This document shows positions 36,974-39,882 of a stretch of DNA of 39,882 nucleotides, piece by piece. The DNA lies in the NCBI GenBank assembly GCA_900322025.1, contig ONYJ01000034.1:1-39882 (forward strand). The letters are read 5' to 3'. The notes under the pieces were generated by a model, which worked only from the letters and a program-made list of their open reading frames with translations, made no database searches and was not told where the DNA came from. Within the stretch, counting starts at the first letter, position 1. Every line of letters starts with the position of its first letter. The translations under genes were made by a program, and so were the position numbers. The stretch comes from an uncultured Bacteroidales bacterium (GTDB lineage: Bacteria > Bacteroidota > Bacteroidia > Bacteroidales > UBA932).

Positions 36974-38923
36974 ATGTCAGATACAAAACTTATATCCCAG
37001 ATACCGGATGGTCCTCTATCTGAGAAATGGAAGAAACGTAAGGCGGAAATAAAAGTGGTGAGTCCGGCAAACAAAAGAAAACTTGAGGTTATTGTTGTTG
37101 GAACAGGGCTCGCCGGAGCTTCTGCTGCGGCATCTTTGGGAGAGATGGGTTACAATGTAAAAATCTTTTGTATCAGCGATTCTCCAAGAAGAGCACACTC
37201 TATAGCCGCCCAAGGTGGAATCAATGCTGCAAAAAATTATCAAAACGATAACGACTCTATCTATCGTTTATTTGTAGATACGGTAAAAGGAGGCGATTTT
37301 CGCAGCCGAGAAGCTAATGTTTATCGTTTGGCGGAAGTGAGCAATCTTATTATAGATCACTGTGTGGCACAAGGTGTACCATTTGCTCGCGAATACGGTG
37401 GATTATTGGCAAACCGTTCTTTTGGAGGCGCACAGGTAAGCCGTACATTCTATGCCAGAGGACAAACCGGCCAGCAACTTTTGCTTGGCGCCTATGCTTC
37501 TTTGAACAAAGAAATTAAAAAAGGAAGCGTTAAAAGTTATCCTCGTTACGAAATGTTAGACTTGGTTCTTATTAACGGCCAGGCTAAAGGAATTATAGCT
37601 CGTAATATAGCCACAGGAGAAATAGAAAGATTTGGAGCTCACGCGGTTGTTATAGCCACAGGAGGCTACGGAAACGTTTATTTCCTCTCTACAAATGCTA
37701 TGAACTCAAATGGTTCGGCAGCTTGGCAGTGCTATAAAAAAGGAGCTTATTTTGGAAATCCTTGTTTTGCACAGATTCACCCAACTTGTATTCCTGTTCA
37801 TGGAACACAGCAAAGTAAACTGACTCTTATGAGTGAGTCTTTGAGAAACGACGGAAGAATTTGGGTTCCAAAGAAGATGGAAGATGTGATGAAGCTTCGT
37901 AAAGGAGAAATCAAAGCATCTCAGATACCGGAAGAAGACAGGGATTACTATTTGGAAAGAAGGTATCCTGCATTCGGAAATCTTGTGCCAAGAGATATAG
38001 CCTCTCGTGCTGCCAAAGAGCGTTGCGATGCGGGCTTTGGTGTTAACGAAACCGGAAAAGCCGTATTTCTCGATTTTAAGACTGCTATAGAGCGTTTGGG
38101 AGAAGATACTATACGCGAAAGATATGGTAATCTGTTCCAGATGTATGAAGAAATAACAGATGTGGATGCCTACAAAGAACCTATGATGATATATCCAGCC
38201 ATTCACTATACAATGGGAGGTTTATGGGTTGATTACGATCTTCAAACAACCATTCCGGGTTTGTTTGCCATAGGCGAGGCCAACTTCTCAGATCATGGTG
38301 GAAATCGCCTTGGGGCATCGGCTCTGATGCAAGGACTTGCAGACGGATATTTTATTCTCCCTTATACAATAGGAGGTTATCTTGCAAAGAAAATACAAGA
38401 ACCTAAGACAGATACATCGGCTCCGGAATTTGAGCAGGCAGAAAAGGCAGTAAAAGAGCGTATAGTCAAATTATTTGCCGTAAAAGGAAAGAAATCTCCT
38501 GACGAAATTCACAAAGAGCTCGGAAATGTAATGTGGGAATATGTTGGAATGGGACGTACAGAAGAAGGCTTAAAGAAGGCTATAGTTGAAATAAAGAGGC
38601 TCAAAGAAGAATTCTGGAAAGATGTTTATGTGTGTGGAGAAAACGGAGAATTTAACCAAGAACTCGAAAAGGCTATGAGGTTGGCAGACTTCTTTGAGAT
38701 AGGAGACCTTATGGCTCGCGATGCACTTAATAGAAAAGAGAGTTGTGGAGGCCACTTTAGAGAAGAAATGCAAACCGAAGAAGGTGAGGCAAAACGAGAC
38801 GATGAGAACTTTATGTATGTTTCTGCCTGGGAGTATAAAGGAGAAAACGGAGAACCTGAGCTCCATAAAGAACCTCTCGTATATGAAGGAATAAAAGTAG
38901 CAACCAGAAATTATAAAGATTAG
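36974..38923 (+). CDS. frdA: fumarate reductase / succinate dehydrogenase flavoprotein subunit (Bacteroides-type QFR)
   Basis: It has the FAD-binding [17 protein letters not shown], the covalent-FAD His motif [24 protein letters not shown], and CGGHFREE near the C-terminus. Length is 649 aa. Confidence 0.93.
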   Translation: MSDTKLISQIPDGPLSEKWKKRKAEIKVVSPANKRKLEVIVVGTGLAGASAAASLGEMGYNVKIFCISDSPRRAHSIAAQGGINAAKNYQNDNDSIYRLFVDTVKGGDFRSREANVYRLAEVSNLIIDHCVAQGVPFAREYGGLLANRSFGGAQVSRTFYARGQTGQQLLLGAYASLNKEIKKGSVKSYPRYEMLDLVLINGQAKGIIARNIATGEIERFGAHAVVIATGGYGNVYFLSTNAMNSNGSAAWQCYKKGAYFGNPCFAQIHPTCIPVHGTQQSKLTLMSESLRNDGRIWVPKKMEDVMKLRKGEIKASQIPEEDRDYYLERRYPAFGNLVPRDIASRAAKERCDAGFGVNETGKAVFLDFKTAIERLGEDTIRERYGNLFQMYEEITDVDAYKEPMMIYPAIHYTMGGLWVDYDLQTTIPGLFAIGEANFSDHGGNRLGASALMQGLADGYFILPYTIGGYLAKKIQEPKTDTSAPEFEQAEKAVKERIVKLFAVKGKKSPDEIHKELGNVMWEYVGMGRTEEGLKKAIVEIKRLKEEFWKDVYVCGENGEFNQELEKAMRLADFFEIGDLMARDALNRKESCGGHFREEMQTEEGEAKRDDENFMYVSAWEYKGENGEPELHKEPLVYEGIKVATRNYKD

Positions 38924-38926
38924 TCT

Positions 38927-39757
38927 ATGAAATTCAAGATAACAGTTTGGAGACAAAAAAATGCCAAGACAAAGGGGCATTTTGAGACTTATACGGTAGA
39001 TAACATAAGTCCGGATTCTTCTTTCCTTGAAATGTTGGATATTCTCAACGACCAGCTTGTTCATCAGAACTCAGACCCTATAGCATTCAGCAAAGGTTGT
39101 GAAAACGGTGAGGTTTGTTCAGGAGAAAAACTGAAAAGGGCAAAAGCAGAAGGCAAGGCTCTTCCTGTGAGTTTTGATCATGACTGTCGTGAGGGAATAT
39201 GTGGCGCATGTTCTTTGTATATCAATGGCCGTGCACACGGCCCCGAGAACGAAGTTACCACATGCCAGCTTTTTATGCGTAAGTTCAAGGATGGTAGCAC
39301 TATAACCATAGAGCCTTGGAGAAGCGCCGCTTTTCCGGTAATTAAAGACTTGGTTGTTGATAGGAGTGCTCTCGATAAGGTAATGCAAGCCGGTGGTTTT
39401 GTGGATGTTAGAACGGGTAGTGCACAAGACGCCAACAACATACTAATTTCTAAAGAAAAGGCAGATGAAAGTATGGATGCCGCCTCTTGCATCGGATGCG
39501 GAGCCTGTGTTGCAACTTGCAAGAATGGTTCTGCTATGCTGTTTATCGGAGCAAGGGTTAGTTCTTTAGCTCTGCTTCCTCAGGGTAAGATAGAAAGCAC
39601 CAAGAGAGCTATGGATATGATAGCTAAAATGGATGAACTCGGCTTTGGAGCCTGCACCAACACAAGAGCTTGCGAAATGGAATGTCCTAAACGAGTGTCT
39701 ATCACTCATATAGCAAGGCTTAACCGTGAATTTTTGAAGGGCTGGCTGAAAAAATAA
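38927..39757 (+). CDS. frdB: fumarate reductase / succinate dehydrogenase iron-sulfur subunit
   Basis: Three Cys clusters are present: CREGICGACSLYING...C (2Fe-2S), CIGCGACVATCKNG (4Fe-4S) and CTNTRACEMECPK (3Fe-4S). It starts 3 nt after the frdA stop. It carries an extra Cys-containing segment just before the first cluster (see findings). Confidence 0.93.
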   Translation: MKFKITVWRQKNAKTKGHFETYTVDNISPDSSFLEMLDILNDQLVHQNSDPIAFSKGCENGEVCSGEKLKRAKAEGKALPVSFDHDCREGICGACSLYINGRAHGPENEVTTCQLFMRKFKDGSTITIEPWRSAAFPVIKDLVVDRSALDKVMQAGGFVDVRTGSAQDANNILISKEKADESMDAASCIGCGACVATCKNGSAMLFIGARVSSLALLPQGKIESTKRAMDMIAKMDELGFGACTNTRACEMECPKRVSITHIARLNREFLKGWLKK

Positions 39758-39778
39758 CGGTAATGCAGCGGAATTTAT

Positions 39779-39817
39779 AAAAAATGCTGGAAAAATTTCT
39801 GGCATTTTTTTATTTTT
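39779..39817 (+). terminator. rho-independent terminator after frdB (A-tract / hairpin / T-tract, potentially bidirectional)
   Basis: The stem ATGCTGGAA (39784..39792) pairs with TTCTGGCAT (39797..39805): 9 bp including two G-U pairs, with a 4-nt AAAT loop. It is flanked by AAAAA upstream and followed by TTTTTTATTTTT (39806..39817). It begins about 25 nt after the frdB stop. Confidence 0.6.
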
Positions 39818-39882
39818 AAAGAGTTATAAAGTCAACACTTGAATCAAATAAGTTGTCTGTTATCTCTAATTTTTTCTTTGTA

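Overview
This is an AT-rich, gene-dense chromosomal segment with about 30 CDS in alternating strand blocks and mostly very short spacers. It reads as core genome of a Bacteroidota (Bacteroidales-like) organism. The phylum call rests on an S46 dipeptidyl-peptidase, a Bacteroides-type fumarate reductase FrdA/FrdB, a CNNM/GldE-like protein next to an LptC-like lipoprotein, no Shine-Dalgarno sequences, and repeated TAnnTTTG promoter boxes. Recognisable genes are dpp7-like, mrp/apbC, rnhB, aspS, rsmA(ksgA), an FtsX/MacB-type permease, mutS, a serine hydrolase, a GT-B glycosyltransferase, a YfhO-like membrane protein, an NSS transporter, folA, thyA, an EEP-family nuclease/phosphatase, ychF, a PpiD-like chaperone, a CNNM/CBS protein, an LptC-like protein, a TPR protein, an outer-membrane beta-barrel, coaX, mfd, ruvB, a Cys-Ntn-hydrolase-like protein, two tandem paralogous lipoproteins, and frdA/frdB. 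I saw no rRNA, tRNA, CRISPR array, transposase, integrase, phage genes or recognisable defence genes. I did not find a convincing new multi-gene system, and the window is largely ordinary housekeeping DNA. Five things deserve a second look. (1) The Bacteroidetes -7 promoter box lies only 4-10 nt upstream of the ATG of six genes, which implies leaderless or near-leaderless mRNAs and revises four start codons. (2) frdA-frdB has no adjacent cytochrome-b anchor gene, and FrdB carries a roughly 28-aa Cys-containing insertion next to its 2Fe-2S motif. (3) The mfd/ruvB divergent spacer is about 340 bp, very AT-rich, unexplained, and contains a near-palindrome and a 13-nt direct repeat. (4) A small accessory-looking block encodes a secreted Cys-Ntn hydrolase and tandem lipoprotein paralogs. 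(5) Several uncharacterised envelope genes are tightly co-oriented with lptC and with a YfhO-like GT-C protein. All functional calls come from motif recognition by eye; no database search was run.
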